In this document: piece by piece, positions 1-13,876 of the stretch
Numbering within the stretch: the first letter of the stretch is position 1
How the letters are laid out: every line of letters begins with the position of its first letter
Source of the DNA: Squalus acanthias
Lineage: Eukaryota
NCBI GenBank assembly: GCA_030390025.1
Contig: CM059431.1
Coordinates: forward strand, 102,426,001 to 102,486,000
Reading direction: 5' to 3'
Length of the DNA stretch: 60,000 nt
Made by a program: the position numbers and the translations under genes
The notes under the pieces: generated by a model
Told to the model about the DNA's origin: nothing
Database searches by the model: none
What the model saw: only the letters and a program-made list of their open reading frames with translations

Positions 1-224
1 CTTATGTGGCCCGGTGTCAAATTTTGTTTGATAATCGCTCCTGTGAAGCACCTTGGGATGTTTTGCTACATTAAAGGCGCCATATAAATGCAAGTTGTTG
101 TTGTTGTTGTTTGGTACCTTGCCATTCCTCATGTGAGAGTCCAGACAGGGACAGTGGGCGGGCTATTTGAGCAGAGAGCACGATAGCCAAGTCTGAATCT
201 AACCTTAACGGATATCCACACATA

Positions 225-545
225 AAGACAGACTTGCATTTCTATGGCGCCTTTCATGACCTCAGGATGTCCCAAAGGGCTTTACACCCAACAGAGTACT
301 TTTGAAATGTCGCCATTGCTGTATTGTTGGAAACGCAACGGCGACAATTTGCACACAGCAAGCTCCCACAAACAGCAATGCAATAATGACCAGATTATCC
401 ATTTTTATTTTTAGTGATGTTGATTGAGGGATCAATATTGGCCCCAGGACACCAGGGAGAACTCCCCTGCTCTTCTTCGAAATAGTGCCATGGGATCTTT
501 TACGTCCACCTGAGAGAGCAGACGGGGCCTCGGTTTAACATCTCA
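225..545 (-). mobile_element. same SINE family, truncated by CR1
   Basis: Tail and core match other copies. Confidence 0.85.
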
Positions 546-1097
546 TGCAGTTTTGGTCTCCTTACCTAAGAAAGGATATACTTGCCATAGAGGGAGTGCA
601 GCGAAGGTTCACCAGACTGATTCCTGGGATGGCAGGACTGTCGTATGAGGAGAGATTGGATCGACTAGGCCTGTATTCACTAGAGTTTAGAAGAATGAGA
701 GGGGATCTCATTGAAACATATAAAATTCTGACAGGGCTGGACAGACTGGATGCAGGGAGGATGTTTCCCTTGGCTGGGGGGTCTAGAATGAGGGGTCACA
801 GTCTCAGGATACGGGGTAGGATATTTAGGACTGAGATGAGGAGAAATTTCTTCACTCAGAGGGTAGTGAACCTGTGGAATTCTCTACCACAGAAGGCTGT
901 GGAGGCCAAGTCACTGAATATATTTAAGAAGGAGATACATAGATTTCTAGACACAAAAGGCTTCAAGGGGTATGGGGAGAGAGGGGGAATATGGTATTGA
1001 GATAGAGGATCAGCCATGATCATATTGAATGGCGGAGCAGGCTCGAAGGGCCGTATGGCCGACTCCTGCTCCTATTTTTCTATGTTGCTATGTTTCT
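546..1097 (+). mobile_element. CR1 3' fragment
   Basis: QFWSPYLRKD..RRMRGDLIETYKI..FFTQRVVNLWN, CR1 3' UTR and tail. Confidence 0.93.
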
Positions 1098-1689
1098 AAT
1101 TCAGAGCAGACAGATCAAACCCGAAACCTTCTTGTCCAAATGACTCAGTATCATCTATGGTGAAAGTACCCACTAAGCTATTTGAAGAGTAAAATAACAG
1201 CCCCAAAGGCAATAAAACTACCTCATGAATTTTGTAGTATACATATTTTTTTTTAATGCGATAGTGATCTCAAATCAGGTTTTTGATGGTAATGCTCTCA
1301 CAGTTTATGACATCGAGACTCCTTTATAAGATTTCTGCCTGGTAGTCGCTTTCTGTTTCTGCCATTCTCTATTTAATTAGAATGTCTTCCATTATTGATG
1401 CTTTATATCATTAATGCCCATAGCATATTGTCAAGGATTAGCTCATTAGTAGGTTTACTGCACTTGTGGGATATACGCAACAGCTCACCGTGCTTAAGAA
1501 TTATGAATCTTCAGCAATAAATCCAGAAATGTACCATTATTAGTTCAATATACTCTGCTTGTTAAGAAAACTGTGGTGGGACATTTAAATTAAGACATTA
1601 ATATTCCCTGCGCAATATTTGGAGACATGTCAAGCAGTGTGCAAGAAATACCCATAAAAGGCACAGCTCATGCAGATGACAATAGCGAC

Positions 1690-2530
1690 CCAGAGCGACT
1701 CAATGAGCTGGGTCTACATACTTTAGAGGAGTGCAGACTTGGGAGTGATTTGATAGAGGTTTACAAAATTATGAAGGGACTAAATTGTGTCTATGTGGAC
1801 CAATTATCTCAACTGAATAGGTTTAGGGAGGCCCCAGGGTTACGCTTACATAGAATGTGCAGCACAGAAACAGGCCATTCGGCCCAACTGGTCGATGCCG
1901 GTGTTTATGCTCCACACGAGCCTCCTCCCACCCCTCTTCATCTCACCCTATCAGCATAGCCTTCTATTCCTTTCTCCCTCATGCGTTTATCTCGCTTCCC
2001 CGTAAATGCATCTATACTGTTCGTCTCAACCACTCCCTGTGGTAGCGAGTTCCACATTCTCACCACTCTCTGGGTAAAGAAGTTTCTCCTGAATTCCCTA
2101 TTGGATTTATTAGTGACTATCTTATATTTATGGCCCCTAGTTCTGGTCTCCCCCACAAGTAGAAACATCCTCTCTACTTCTACCCTATCAAAACCCTTTA
2201 ATAATTTTAAAAGATCTCTTATCAGGTCACCCCTCAGCCTTCTCTTTTCTAGAGAAAAGAGCCCCAGCCTGTTCAATCTTTCCTGTTAGTGAAGATTTAC
2301 AAGGATGATACCAGAACTGAGAGGATGTACCTTTCTCCAGTGCTTCTATGCTCTTTTTATAATTTGGAGACCAGAACTGTGCCCAGTATTTCTAAGTGTG
2401 GTCCGACCAAGGTTTGATATAAGTTTAACGTAACTTCTCTGCTTTTCAATGCTATCTCTCTAGAAATGAACCCCAGTGCTTTGTTTGCTCTTTTCAGGGC
2501 CTTATTAACTTGCGTCGCTACTTTTAGTTA
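1690..2530. mobile_element. cluster of older CR1 fragments, both orientations
   Basis: CR1 ORF2 C-terminal peptides in ORFs 1627(+) and 1938(-). Confidence 0.8.
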
Positions 2531-2624
2531 TCTAAGGGCAGTTGGGTGCTAAGCAGATCATCTTTGTCAAGAGAATAGTGGGCCTGTGGAACAGGCTGCC
2601 AGGCTCGTGCAGTGAACGCTGATA

Positions 2625-3075
2625 TAGACATAGAAGATAGGAGCAGGAGGAGGCCATTCGGCCCCTCGAGCCTGCTCCGCCATGCAATGAGATCATGGCT
2701 GATCATCCAAATTCAGTACCCTGTCCCTGCTTTCTCCCCATATCCCTTGATCCCTTTAGCTTTAAGAAATATATCTAACTCCTTCTTGAATATATTTAAT
2801 GAATTGGCCTCAACTGCCTTCTGTGGTAGAGAATTCCACAGGTTCACCACTCTCTGGGTGAAGAAATTCCTCCTCATCTCAGTCCTAAATGGCTTACCCC
2901 TTATCCTTAGACTGTGACCCCTGGTTCTGGACTCCCCCGCCATCGGGAACATCCTTCCTGCATCTAGTCTGTCTAGTCCTGTTGAGAATTTTGTAAGTTT
3001 CAATGAGATCCCCTCTCATTCTTCTAAACTCCAGCAAATACAAGCCCAATCGTCCCAATCTCTCTTCATACATCA
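2625..3075 (-). mobile_element. CR1 3' fragment
   Basis: ORF2 C-terminus and tail; near-identical to the 3' part of 43398-44505. Confidence 0.92.
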
Positions 3076-3662
3076 TTCACTGTACTCCTTCAAGAGAGCT
3101 GGGCCTGCTTCTGGCTGGAGTGGAGATCACCTCGTACAAGAGGTAAGTATTCAGTAACGTAAATCAGGCCCAATGTTATCCCCTGGACTAGCTTAGATCA
3201 CCTAAGGGGGGGGGAGTTGGGCAAGAGTTTTCCAGTTTTTCCCTCCCCTAATTGGCCTGGGTGTTAATCTGTGTTTTTTCAGCTCTCCCGGGCGGGTACA
3301 TGGCTCCAGGTGGGGTAGGGAGTGTCTGATACACTAACCCTCACAACTGTGTGGGACAGGCTGGATGGACCAGTGGGTCATTTCCTGTCCCTCATTTTCG
3401 TATGTTCACAAGTGCATTTAATGCTATCTTTTTTTTCCACTGATACAATTACATTTATGTTGGATCTCTGTTGGGGTTCTAATAAGAGGCACCAATATGC
3501 AAATATGTGCCTCATTCTTAAGTACATATGCTACGCCAACTTTTGCAATCACATCGCTGATTCTGAACCTTTTCTTACTGTAATTCATTCACTTTATTAG
3601 GTTGATTGTGCGTCAATAGACAAGTGAAGTTGGTACAGAGCAAAGCAAGTTTATTCTGCCAG

Positions 3663-4258
3663 TACTTACTGCAATTATATAGGGCCCTGGTGAGACCACG
3701 CCTGGAGTACTGTGTACAGTTTTGGTCTCCTAGCCGAAGGAAGGATATACTTGCCATAGAGGGAGTGCAACGAAGGTTCACCAGACTGGTTCCTGGGATG
3801 GGGGGATTATCCTATGAGGAGAGATTGAGTAGACTAGGCCTATATTCTCTCGAGTTTAGAATAATGAGAAGTGATCTCATTGAAACATACAAAATTCTTA
3901 CAGGGCTTGACAGGGTAGATGCAGGGAGGATGTTTTCCCTGGCTGGGGAGTCTAGAACCAGGGGGTCACAGTCTCAGAATAAGGAGTCAGCCATTTAGGA
4001 CTGAGATGAGGAGACATTTCTTCACTCAGAGGGTGGTGAATCTTTGGAATTCTCTGCCCCAGAGGGCTGTGGAGGCTCAGTCATTGAGTATATTCAAAAC
4101 AGAGATCGATAGATTTTTCAATATTAAGGGAATCAAGGGATATGGGGATAGTGCAGGAAAGTGGAGGTGAGGTAGAAGATTAGCCATGATTTTATTGAAT
4201 GGCGGGGCAGGCTCGAGGGGCCAAATGGCCGACTCCTGCTCCTATTTCTTATGTTCTT
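3663..4258 (+). mobile_element. CR1 3' fragment
   Basis: LYRALVRPRLEYCVQFWSP.. plus 3' tail. Confidence 0.92.
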
Positions 4259-4529
4259 AATTGTGTGGTGTTTAGGAAAGATTACAGAACAAATTTACAA
4301 CTGGCACTTAGAATTCAGTGGTTTAAAACAAACCACAAATGCTGAAAATCCGATAGAAAAATACAATTATATCGCGGGTCTACCGGCATCTGTAAAGGAA
4401 TGTGGCAGATTAATGTTTTAGTTTAGACCTTAAGTCAGAACAGAGTTGAAGGATCTACAGCTCAAACCTGATAGGCCTGTTATGTGTTTCCAAACCATTT
4501 CTGTTTTTACGTCCATTAAGGTATGCAAC

Positions 4530-5065
4530 CAAGAACTTGTATTTATATAGCGCCTTTAACAGGAGTGTTAACAAATAAAATTTCACACTGAGCCACATAA
4601 GGAGATATTAGGACAGGTGGAGGAGGTGGGTTTTAAGGAGGGTCTTAAAAGGAGGAAAGAGAGGCGGAGAGGTTGAGGGAGGGAATTCCAGAGCTTAGGG
4701 CCCAGGCAGCTGAAGGCACGGCCGCCAATGGTTGAGCGATTAATATTGGGGATGCTCAAGAGGGCAGAATTAGAGGAGTGCAGATATCTCGGGGGGTTGT
4801 GGGGCTGAAGGAGATTACAGGAGATAGGGAGAGGGCGAGGCCATGGAGGGATTTGAAAATGAGGATGAGAATTTTGAAATCGAGGCGCTGCTTAACCGGG
4901 AGCCAATGTAGGTCAGCGAGCACAGGGGGTGATGGGTGAACGGGGCTTGGTGCGAGTTAGGACACGGGCAGCCGAGTTTTGGATGAGCTCTAGTTTATGT
5001 AGGGTGGAATGTGGGAGGCCAGCCAGGAGTGCGTTGGAATAGTCGAGTCTAGAGGTAACAAAGGC
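4530..5065 (-). mobile_element. L2 LINE 3' fragment
   Basis: Reverse complement of [22 protein letters not shown] coding region and GCGCTATATAAAT tail. Confidence 0.88.
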
Positions 5066-6524
5066 TAAGCTAATCACTCATCTAATAAAACACAATTACC
5101 TTAATAACATGAATGAATTACAGGAACAAAAGGTTCCAAATCAACCATGTGATTTCAAAAGTTGACGTAGCATATACACTTAGGAATGAGGTACATTATT
5201 TGCATCTCAAGCCAATCAGAACCCCAACAGAAATCCGACAAAAAATAATAATTGGACCACTGGGAAAAAAGCATTAAATGCACTTAACAATTGCCATCTG
5301 ATTTTTATGGTTATTTCTTGCACACTTGACATGCAAACATATGGCTCTAATGGTTTGCAAATATTGCACAGGGAATGTTCGCAGGCAGAAAAACACTGTC
5401 TGTCTAAAGATAAATAGTGTCTTTTAAAAAAAAAGGTATGGACAGATCGGTAGATTCCTAGCCTCCTAGTTCTGATTTCTCTGGTCTATCACCCCATGAG
5501 ATCTAACCTTGTTTCTGCAGGGTCGGTTCAAGCGCAGTTCAAAGCGAGTTTTGCCTCTTAAAACACTTTCATTATATATAAAAACACACACACACACACA
5601 CAGGGCTATCCTCTTTTTATGACACTGGAACTGATCAAAGTGCCACAGAATGACCAATAGGATCTGGAAACGTTTACAATCCTTTAAACATTCGGACGAA
5701 TAACCAACCTCATTCCCACTGAAACTTGATCCAGAAAAGGGAACGGGGAGGAAGCAATCCTGAACCACGAAAAGCTGGGATTGGGGAGGAGGGGAAATCT
5801 TTACATTTACAATTAAAAACTTTTTGAGTTAATTTCCTGAACCCCAATTACTTATTTTTTTTAAAAAATGAGAGGTAAAACAATCCCAACCTTCTGCTCA
5901 ACACATGACAAGGATCAAAGGTAGAGCTTTTTGTAGAGCTCAGGCCGAAACAAAAAGAATTGTTCGGAGGTCCGCTGCAGATACTGGGAGTAAATGGGGA
6001 GGGAGAGGAACATCCAACACTCCGCGCTGGTGGGGTCACCTTCAGCCCCGGGTCTGTGAGCCCCACTTAGCCCCTACCCTGAGCCCCAGATCCAGCTCAA
6101 CCCCAATGACCAGCTCCTCCAACAAGTCCCTACCCCAGTGTGTGCTTCCTCCCCCCCACCAGTTCAAATCCAAGCTCACCTCGGCAATTGCAATCCTCTC
6201 CTGGGCTCTGCTCCTGGATCCTTCCTTCTTTCTTTCTTGCCCCCTCCACTAAGGACTGCAAGACGCTCTTGGGTTTGGGGGGCAGGGGAGAGGGGGCTTC
6301 AGATGTTCAAAGTGTGGTGGTGGAGAAGGAGGCGGAGAAAGACGGGCTCCAGGTCGCCATGTCCCAACTGCTCAGAGATGTGAGCTTCACATTTACTGAT
6401 TGAGTGTGTGCATGAAGAACAGCGCCATCCCTACCAGACTTGGAACAGCAGAAGCGCCGCCCAGCTCAACAACACAACTTACTGGTGAACAGAGGAACAT
6501 TCAATCAATCGTTCAGGTCCGAAG

Positions 6525-7336
6525 AAAGACTTGCATTTCTATAGCGCCTTTCACGACCTCAAGATGTCCCAAAGCGCTTTACAGACAATGAAGGACTTTC
6601 TTTTGAAGTGTGGTCACTGTTGCAATGTAGGAAACGCGGCAGCCAATTTGTGCACAGCAAGCTCCCACAAACAGCAACATGATAATGACCAGATCATCTG
6701 TGATGTTGAATGAGGGATAAATATTGGCGCAGGACACCAGGTACAACTCCCCTGCTCTTCTTCAAAATAGTGCCACAGGATTATTTACGAGTAAATGGGG
6801 CCTCGGTTTAACGTCTCATCTGAAAGACGGCACCTCCAACTTCTTCTTAGGCAGTCCCTCGGAACTGAGGGTGGCTTGCTTCCACACTAAAAATGAGCTC
6901 TCAGGTGACTGATGAGTCCAATGCGGGACCTACAGTCTCTGTCACAGGTGGGGCAGACGGTGGTTGAAGGGGCGGGTGGGTGGGGTGCTTGGGTTGACGT
7001 GCACTCCTTGCGCTGCCTGCGCTTGGCTTCCGCTTGCTCCCGGCGAAGAGACTCGAGGTGCTCGGCGCCTTCCCGGATGCTTCTCCTCCACTTTGTGCTC
7101 TTGGTCTTGGGCCAGGGATTCCCAGGTGTTGGTGGGGATGTTGCACTTTATTCAAGGAGGCTTTGAGGGTGTCCTTGAAGCGTTTCCTCTGCCCACCTGG
7201 GGCTCTCCTGCCATGTCGGAGCTCCGAATAGAGCGCTTGTTTTGGGAGAATTCTGTGCTCAAGTTGCTGGACTGGAACTTGAACCCATTACCTTCTGACT
7301 CAGGTGATGGTGCTATCCACTGAGCCACAGCTGACA
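6525..7336 (-). mobile_element. same SINE family, interrupted by RTE
   Basis: Tail/core 6525-6839, tRNA head ~7251-7336. Confidence 0.85.
6840..7250 (-). mobile_element. RTE LINE 3' fragment inserted in a SINE
   Basis: Reverse complement of ~9665-10059 including the (AAG)n tail. Confidence 0.9.
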
Positions 7337-7599
7337 GAGCACTGAGGATACAAGAAGGGCAGTGATTGGAAAGTATGCAAGATGAATTGGACGCAACGCC
7401 GAAGGTAGAAAACCGAATCTAATTACAACCTTAAAAAAAACTAGTGAATTAGTTTAAAGTTACTTTTCTCTGTTTTTTTGCCTCTCCCAGAAGATTACAT
7501 GCGTGGAAAGTGTCTTATCTGGGTACTCCGGCACTCATGGGATGTGGGACAGGCTTGATGGACCAGCTGGTCTTTTCCTGACCCTCAATTTCATATGTT

Positions 7600-8215
7600 G
7601 GAATCGCTGATTTATTACAAGAGGATTTGAGTTTAAGAGTAAAGACGTCTTACTGCAATTATATAGGGCCCTGGTGAGACCACACCTGGAGTATTGTGTA
7701 CAGTTTTGGTCTCCTTACCTAAGGAAGGATAAACTTGCTATAGAGGGAGTGCAACGAAGGTTCACCAGACTGGTTCCTGGGATGGGGGGATTATCCTATG
7801 AGGAGAGATTGAGTAGACTAGGCCTATATTCTCTGGAGTTTAGAAGAATGAGAGGTGATCTCATTGAAACATACAAAATTCTTACAGGGCTTGACAGGTT
7901 AGATGCAGGGAGGATGTTTCCCCTGGCTGGGGAGTCTAGAACCAGGAGTCACAGTCTCAGGATAAGGGGTCAGCCATTTAGGACTGAGATGAGGAGACAT
8001 TTCTTCACTCAGAGGGTGGTGAATCTTTGGAATTCTCTACCCCAGAGGGCTGTGGAGGCTCAGTCATTGAGTATATTCAAGACAGAGATCGATAGATTTT
8101 TGGATGTTAAGGGAATCAAGGGATATGGGGATAGTGCAGGAAACTGGAGTTGAGGTAGAAGATCAGCCATGATCTTATTGAATGGCCGACTCCTGCTCCT
8201 ATTTCTTATGTTCTT
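7600..8215 (+). mobile_element. CR1 3' fragment
   Basis: ORF 7674-8153 plus TTCTTATG tail. Confidence 0.93.
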
Positions 8216-8389
8216 ATTTAGCTGCTCATGGAGCGTTAGACGAGGCATTGCTTTATAGGCAGGAGTAATATGCTGTGCAACAGAAAGCATGTTGCATAAT
8301 AGAAAAAAATTATATAATAATAATTGCTAAGCACTTCCACAGCTGACGGGAATTGAGTCGTAGGAAGCACTTGTAGAGATGAGTTAATC

Positions 8390-11075
8390 TGGACCAATTT
8401 CCAAAAGACAGGTGGTGCTTAACCAACCTTGTAGAATTGATGAAGAAATAACAGACCGAAACCATAGAATCTTACCAGAAGGAGGCTGCATTTTTTGATG
8501 AGGTAACAGAGAGGCTTGATGAGGGCAATGCAGTTGACGTGGTGTACATGGACTTCCAAAAGATGTTTGATTAAAGTGCCACATAATAAGCTTGCCAGCA
8601 AAGTTGAAGCCCATGGAATAAAAGGGACAGTGGCAGCATGGATATGAAATTGGCTAAGTGACAAGAAACAGAGAGTAGTGGTGAAATGCAGGGAACAGCA
8701 CCAACCGCTGTACATGGCCTTCTTTGATCTCACAAAGGCTTTCGACACTGTCAACTGGGAGGGATTATGGAGTGTCCTCCTCAAATTCGGCTGCCCTCAA
8801 AAGTTTGTCACCATCCTCCGCCTGTTTCACGACGACATGCAAGCCTTGATCTTGACCAATGGTTCCACCACAGACCCAATTCACGTACGGACCGGGGTCA
8901 AGCAAGGCTGTGTCATCGCACCAACGCTCTTCTCGATCTTCCTTGCTGCAATGTTCCATCTCACCCTCAGTAAGCTCCCTGCTGGAGTGGAGCTAATTTA
9001 CAGAACAAACGGGAAACTCTTCAACCTCTGTCGCCTCCGGTCCAGATCCAAGGTCGTCCCATCCTCTGTCGTCGAATTACAGTACGCAGGCGACGCTTGC
9101 GTCTGCGCTCACTCAGAGGTTGAACTCCAAACCATCGTCAACACCTTCACTGAAGCGTACGAGAGCATGGGCCTTACACTAAACATCTGTAAGACAAAGG
9201 TCCTCTACCAACCTGCCCCCGCCACACAGTACTGCCCCCCGATTATCAAAATACACGACAAGGCCTTGATTAACATGGACCACTTTCCATACCTCGGGAG
9301 CCTACTGTCAACAAGGGCAGACGTCGATGACGAAGTCCAACACTGCCTTCAGTGTGCCAGTGCAGCCTTCAGTCGCCTGAGGAAGAGAGTGTTTGAAGAC
9401 TAGGACCGCAAACCCGGCACTAAGCTCATGGTCTACAGAGCAGTAGTGATACCCGCCCTGCTGTATGCCTCAGACATGGACCATGTACAGCAGGCACCTC
9501 AAAGCACTGGAGAGGTACCACCAATGCTGCCTCCGCAAGATCCTGCAAAGCCATTGGCAGGATAGGCGCACCAACATCAGGTCAATATCCCCAGCATCGA
9601 AGCTTTGACCACGCTCGATCAGCTCCGATGGACGGGTCCCATCGTCCGCATGCCCGATACGAGACTCCCAAAACAAGCGCTCTACTTGGAGCTCTGACAC
9701 GGCAAGAGAGCCCCAGGTGGGCAGAGGAAACGCTTCAAGGACACCCTCAAAGCCTCCTTGAAAAAGTGCAACATCCCCACTGACACCTGGGAATCCCTGG
9801 CCCAAGACCGCACAAAGTGAAGGAGAAGCATCCGGGAAGGCGTCGAACACCTCGAGTCTCTTCACTGGGAGCAAGCGGAAGCCAAGCGCAAGCAGCGCAC
9901 GTCAACCCAAGTACCCCACCCATCCGCCCCTTCAACCACCGTCTGCCCCACCTGTGACAGAGACTGTAGGTCCCGCATTGGACTCATCAGTCACCTGAGA
10001 ACTAATTTTTAATGTAGAAGCAAGTCATCCTCGGTTCCGAGGGGCTGCCTAAGAAGAAGAGTGGTGAATGGTTGTTTTTCAGATTGGAGGAAGGTACACA
10101 GTGGTGTTCCCCAGGGGTCGGTACTAGGATCACTGCTTTCCTTGATATATATTCATGATTTGGACTTAGGTGTACAGGGCACTATTTCAAAATTTGCAGA
10201 TGACACAAAATTTGTAAGTATAGTGAACAGTGAGGAAGATAGGGATAGACTTCAAGAGGACATAGACAGGCTGGTGGAATGGGCGAACACGTGGCAGATG
10301 AAGTTTAACGCAGAAAAGTGTGAAGTGATACATTTTGGTAGGAAGAACGAGGAGAGGAAATATAAACTAAAGGGTACAATTCTAAAGGGGGTGCAGGAGC
10401 AGAGAGACCTGGGAGTATATGTGCACAAATCGTTGAAGGTGGCAGGGCAGGCTGAGAAAGCAGTTAAAAAAGCATATGGGATCCTGGGCTTCATAAATAG
10501 AGGCAGAGTACAAAAGTAAGGAAGTTATGACGAACCTTTATAAAACACTGGTTCGACCTCAACTGGAGTATTGTGTCCAATTCTGGGCACCGCACTTTAG
10601 GCAGGATGTCAAGGCTTTAGAGAGGATTCCAGGGATGAGGGACTTCAGTTACTTGGATAGACTGGAGAAGCTGGGATTGTTCTCCTTAGAGCAGAGGAGA
10701 TTTGATAGAGGTGTTCAAAATCACGAGGGGTCTAGACAGAGTAAATAGAGAGAAACAGTTCCCATTGGCGGAAGGGTCGAGAACCAGAGGACACAGATTT
10801 AAGGTGATTGGCAGAAGATCCAAAGGCGACATGAGGAAAAAAATTTTTACGCAGCGAGTGGTTATGATCTGGAATGCACTGCCTGAAAGGGTGGTGGAGG
10901 CAGACTCAATCGTGGCTTTCAAAAGGGAATTAGATATGTACCTGAAGGAAATTTTTTTGCAGGGCTACAGGGAAAGGGCGGGGGATTGGGACTAGCTGAA
11001 GTGCTCTTGCAAAGAGCTGGCACAGGCTCGACGGGCCAAATGGCCTCCTACTGTGCTGTAATGATTCTATGATTC
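8390..11075 (+). mobile_element. CR1 RT fragment split by an RTE insertion
   Basis: VYMDFQK..KQRVVV before 8685, resumes VNGCFSDW..GVPQGS..FADD after 10060; TTCTATGA tail. Confidence 0.9.
8686..10059 (+). mobile_element. 5'-truncated RTE-clade LINE with 9-bp TSD
   Basis: FFDLTKAFD, GVKQGCVIAPTLF, C-terminal CPTCDRDC..H zinc-finger-like motif, (AAG)n tail; TSD AGTGGTGAA at 8677-8685 and 10060-10068. Confidence 0.93.
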
Positions 11076-11490
11076 TGGGCCATTCAGCCAGTCGTGCCTG
11101 TGCCAGCTCTTTGAAAGAGCTGTCCAATTTAGTCCCACACTCCAGCTTTGTTCCCCATAATCTTGCAAATTAGTCCTCTTGCAGTACATGTCCAATTGCC
11201 TTTTGAAAGTTCAAATGGAATCTGCTTCCACCACCCTTTCAGGTAGTGTGCTCCATATCTTAACCCTCTGTGTGAAAAAAATTCTCTTCGGTTCCCCTCT
11301 AGCTCTTTTTGCCAATAATTTAAAATCTATGACCTCTGGTTACTGACCCACTTGCCAGAGGAAACTGTTTCTCCCTACTTGCTCTATCAAAACCCCTCAT
11401 AATTTTGAACACCTCTATTAGGTCTCCCCTTAACCTTCTCTGCTCTAAGGAATACAATCCCAGCTTCTCCAATTTCCAACATCCCTGGTA
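11075..11490 (-). mobile_element. CR1 3' fragment, tail-to-tail with upstream CR1
   Basis: Reverse-complement CR1 ORF2 end and 3' UTR. Confidence 0.85.
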
Positions 11491-11592
11491 TCACCCTGGG
11501 AAGGATAAGGGAAATGCAGTGGATGTGGTTTATATGGATTTTCAAAAAGGATTTGATGAACACCACATAAGAGACTTTATGGCAAAGATAAT

Positions 11593-12336
11593 GGCCCAGA
11601 AATTGATCTCGCTCTGTTCCCGCGGGGGTAAGGCTTCCCCGCGATCTCTCACTCCGCGTTGGCTTTTTCAGATCCAGCTCGCACGAACTTGATGTTCCAG
11701 ACATCAGCTGGGCAGTGCTTGCGTTACCCACCGGCGTAGTGAATTCGTGCGAGCTGTGGGATCACGTGACTCAGTTAGAGCCAATGGCAGCACACCATCT
11801 TCCATTCATAAGTTTCACATACGTGCTGTGAAAGCTATGAATCTTACATCCCCCCAAAATAACAGCTAAACCTCAATTAAATAAAAAAAAAACCATCACA
11901 TTAATAAAATAAGTATAGTTAAATAAATTAACCATTTTAAATAAAAAATTAAATTTTTGAAAAAATTTAAAATCTTTTAAAAAGTTATAAAAATAAACTT
12001 ACCTGTCTTTAAAGTCTCTAAAAAAGATATACCCTGTTAAAAAAAAAATTCAAAAAAAACTTAATTCACTACTTACCTTGTTAAAAGTGGGTCTTACTCC
12101 TCCTTTTTCCATTTCTAAAATCTTCCGTCCTTACCTGCGCGTCCAAAGCACGAAGTGCACAGCGTGCGCGCAGCCTGTAGCGCGCACGCGATGCACCGAG
12201 GAACCGCCCCCTTTTCCAAAGACCAAGTGCCGGTTTTCAGCGCATGCGCAGGGCATGCAGAAAACCGGCAATTGGAGAGAGAATACGCGAGAGTACGCAC
12301 TGCGTACTCTCGCGCAGCGGGATGAATTTTTGGCCC
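11593..12336. mobile_element. Harbinger-like MITE in a CR1
   Basis: TIR GGCCCAGAAATTGATCTCGC / GCGGGATGAATTTTTGGCCC; TSD AAT (11590-11592, 12337-12339); AT-rich core, GC-rich arms. Confidence 0.85.
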
Positions 12337-12559
12337 AATGGCATGTTGAATTAAGAGGAATATGGCCACAAATAGAGAGCTCATTGGAGGGCAGAAGGTA
12401 AAGAGTTGAGGTGAAAAGAAGTTTTACAGACTGGAAATATATGGTGAAGGGTGTTCCACAGGGTTTTGTGTTGGGGCTGTTATATGCATAAATGATCTGT
12501 TCTTAGGAATTGAATGAATATTAAAATTTGCCAAGGACACAAAATTTGGGGCATGGCAA

Positions 12560-13020
12560 ACTCATCTACTCCAATACTCTCCTCCCATCTTCCACCCTCC
12601 GTAAACTTGAGTTCATCCTAAACTCTGCTGCCTGTATCCTGACTCGCACCAAGTCCCATTCACCCATCACCCCACCTACAGTGGCTCCCGGTCCGGCAAC
12701 GCCTCAAATTTAAAATTGTATTCAAACCCCTCCAAGGCCACACCCCTCCCTATTTCTGTAACCTCCTCCAGCCCTGCAACACTTCGAGATCTCTGCGCTC
12801 CTCCAATTCTGGACTCTTGCACATCTCTGATTTCATCGCTCCACCATTGGCGGCCATTCCTTCAGCTGTCTAGGCCCCAAGCTCTGAAATACCTGCCTAA
12901 ACCTCTCCGCCTCTCTCTCCTCTTTTAAGACACTCCTTAAAACCTACCTCTTTGACCAAGCTTTTGGTCACCTGTCCTAATATCTCCTTATGTAGCTTGA
13001 TGTCAAATTTTGTCTGGGTG
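12560..13020 (+). mobile_element. L2 LINE 3' fragment
   Basis: YSNTLL..STLRKLEFILNSAACILTRTK; L2 3' UTR. Confidence 0.85.
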
Positions 13021-13659
13021 TACAAGATTTTAGTTAGGCTGCAGTCGGGAGTATTGTGTATATTTGTGGCAACCAATTACAAGAAGAATATAAATCAACT
13101 GAAAAAGTGAAGTGCACATTTAGTGGGATGTAACGAGATGAGGGGTTGCAATAAGAGATTTGAGAAATTAAGGGATTTAGTCACTACAGCAGAGAAGAAA
13201 AAATTAAGGGATTACCTGATGTAGGTTTTCAGGATTATGAAGGGTTAGTATAAGGGTAAATAGTGAGATGGTACAAGTTTAAGATAATCACAAAAATAAT
13301 TAAAGGAACCATTCGAATCTTTTTAAGAGTGTGGTTAGAATGTGGAATTCTTTGCCACGAGCAGAGTCCATAAGTTCTATTAAGAGGGAACTATATAGAT
13401 GTTTGAAAAAAAGAGGAATATTAAAGTGTAAAGGGCATAGACTTAGAGGTGCTGTCAGAGTAATCTTGAGGAATTGCTGCATTGCAGCCTGTAGATAGTA
13501 TACCCTGCAGTGACAGTGCGCCAGTGATGATGGGGTTGACAGAGTCCAGTGGCTGAGGTACCAATCAGGCAGACTGAGCTGCCCTCTATGGTGTCAAGCT
13601 CCTTGAGTTGTTCCATCTGCATCCATCCAGGTGAGCGGCAGATGTTCCAGCATACTCCT

Positions 13660-13876
13660 TGACGTAAGAAAACTACTAGGCACTTGGTCTAAGCGTTAAA
13701 CAAAGCTTTAATCAACTGTTTTTCAACATGGAGATCTAGTTGTGTCCTTCGCTTGTTCCTGTTAAGGAATGTCCTGACCAAGCTGGGCCTATGCCCGAGT
13801 ATTTATACTCTCCCTGGACAGCGCCACCAGCAGGCCGCCCAGTATTACTTCATAAGTCATGACAAGATTCATGTCA
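13660..13876 (-). mobile_element. solo LTR
   Basis: TGACGT...ATGTCA ends, flanks CTCCT/ATCCT, minus-strand TATAAATA (13807-13800) upstream of ATTAAA (13712-13707); interrupts an old LINE fragment. Confidence 0.7.

Noticed and set aside
5880..6420. GC-rich stretch with several overlapping short ORFs
   Set aside because: No recognisable protein, no convincing splice structure; not enough support for a gene call.
6905..6940. CTGATGAG-TCC..GGAC hammerhead-like half (mirrored at ~9965-9995)
   Set aside because: No GAAA after stem II; it is the antisense of the RTE zinc-finger coding sequence (RIGLISHL).
13818..13840. CTCF-like motif in the solo LTR
   Set aside because: Mismatches at two core positions; not supportable without ChIP data.
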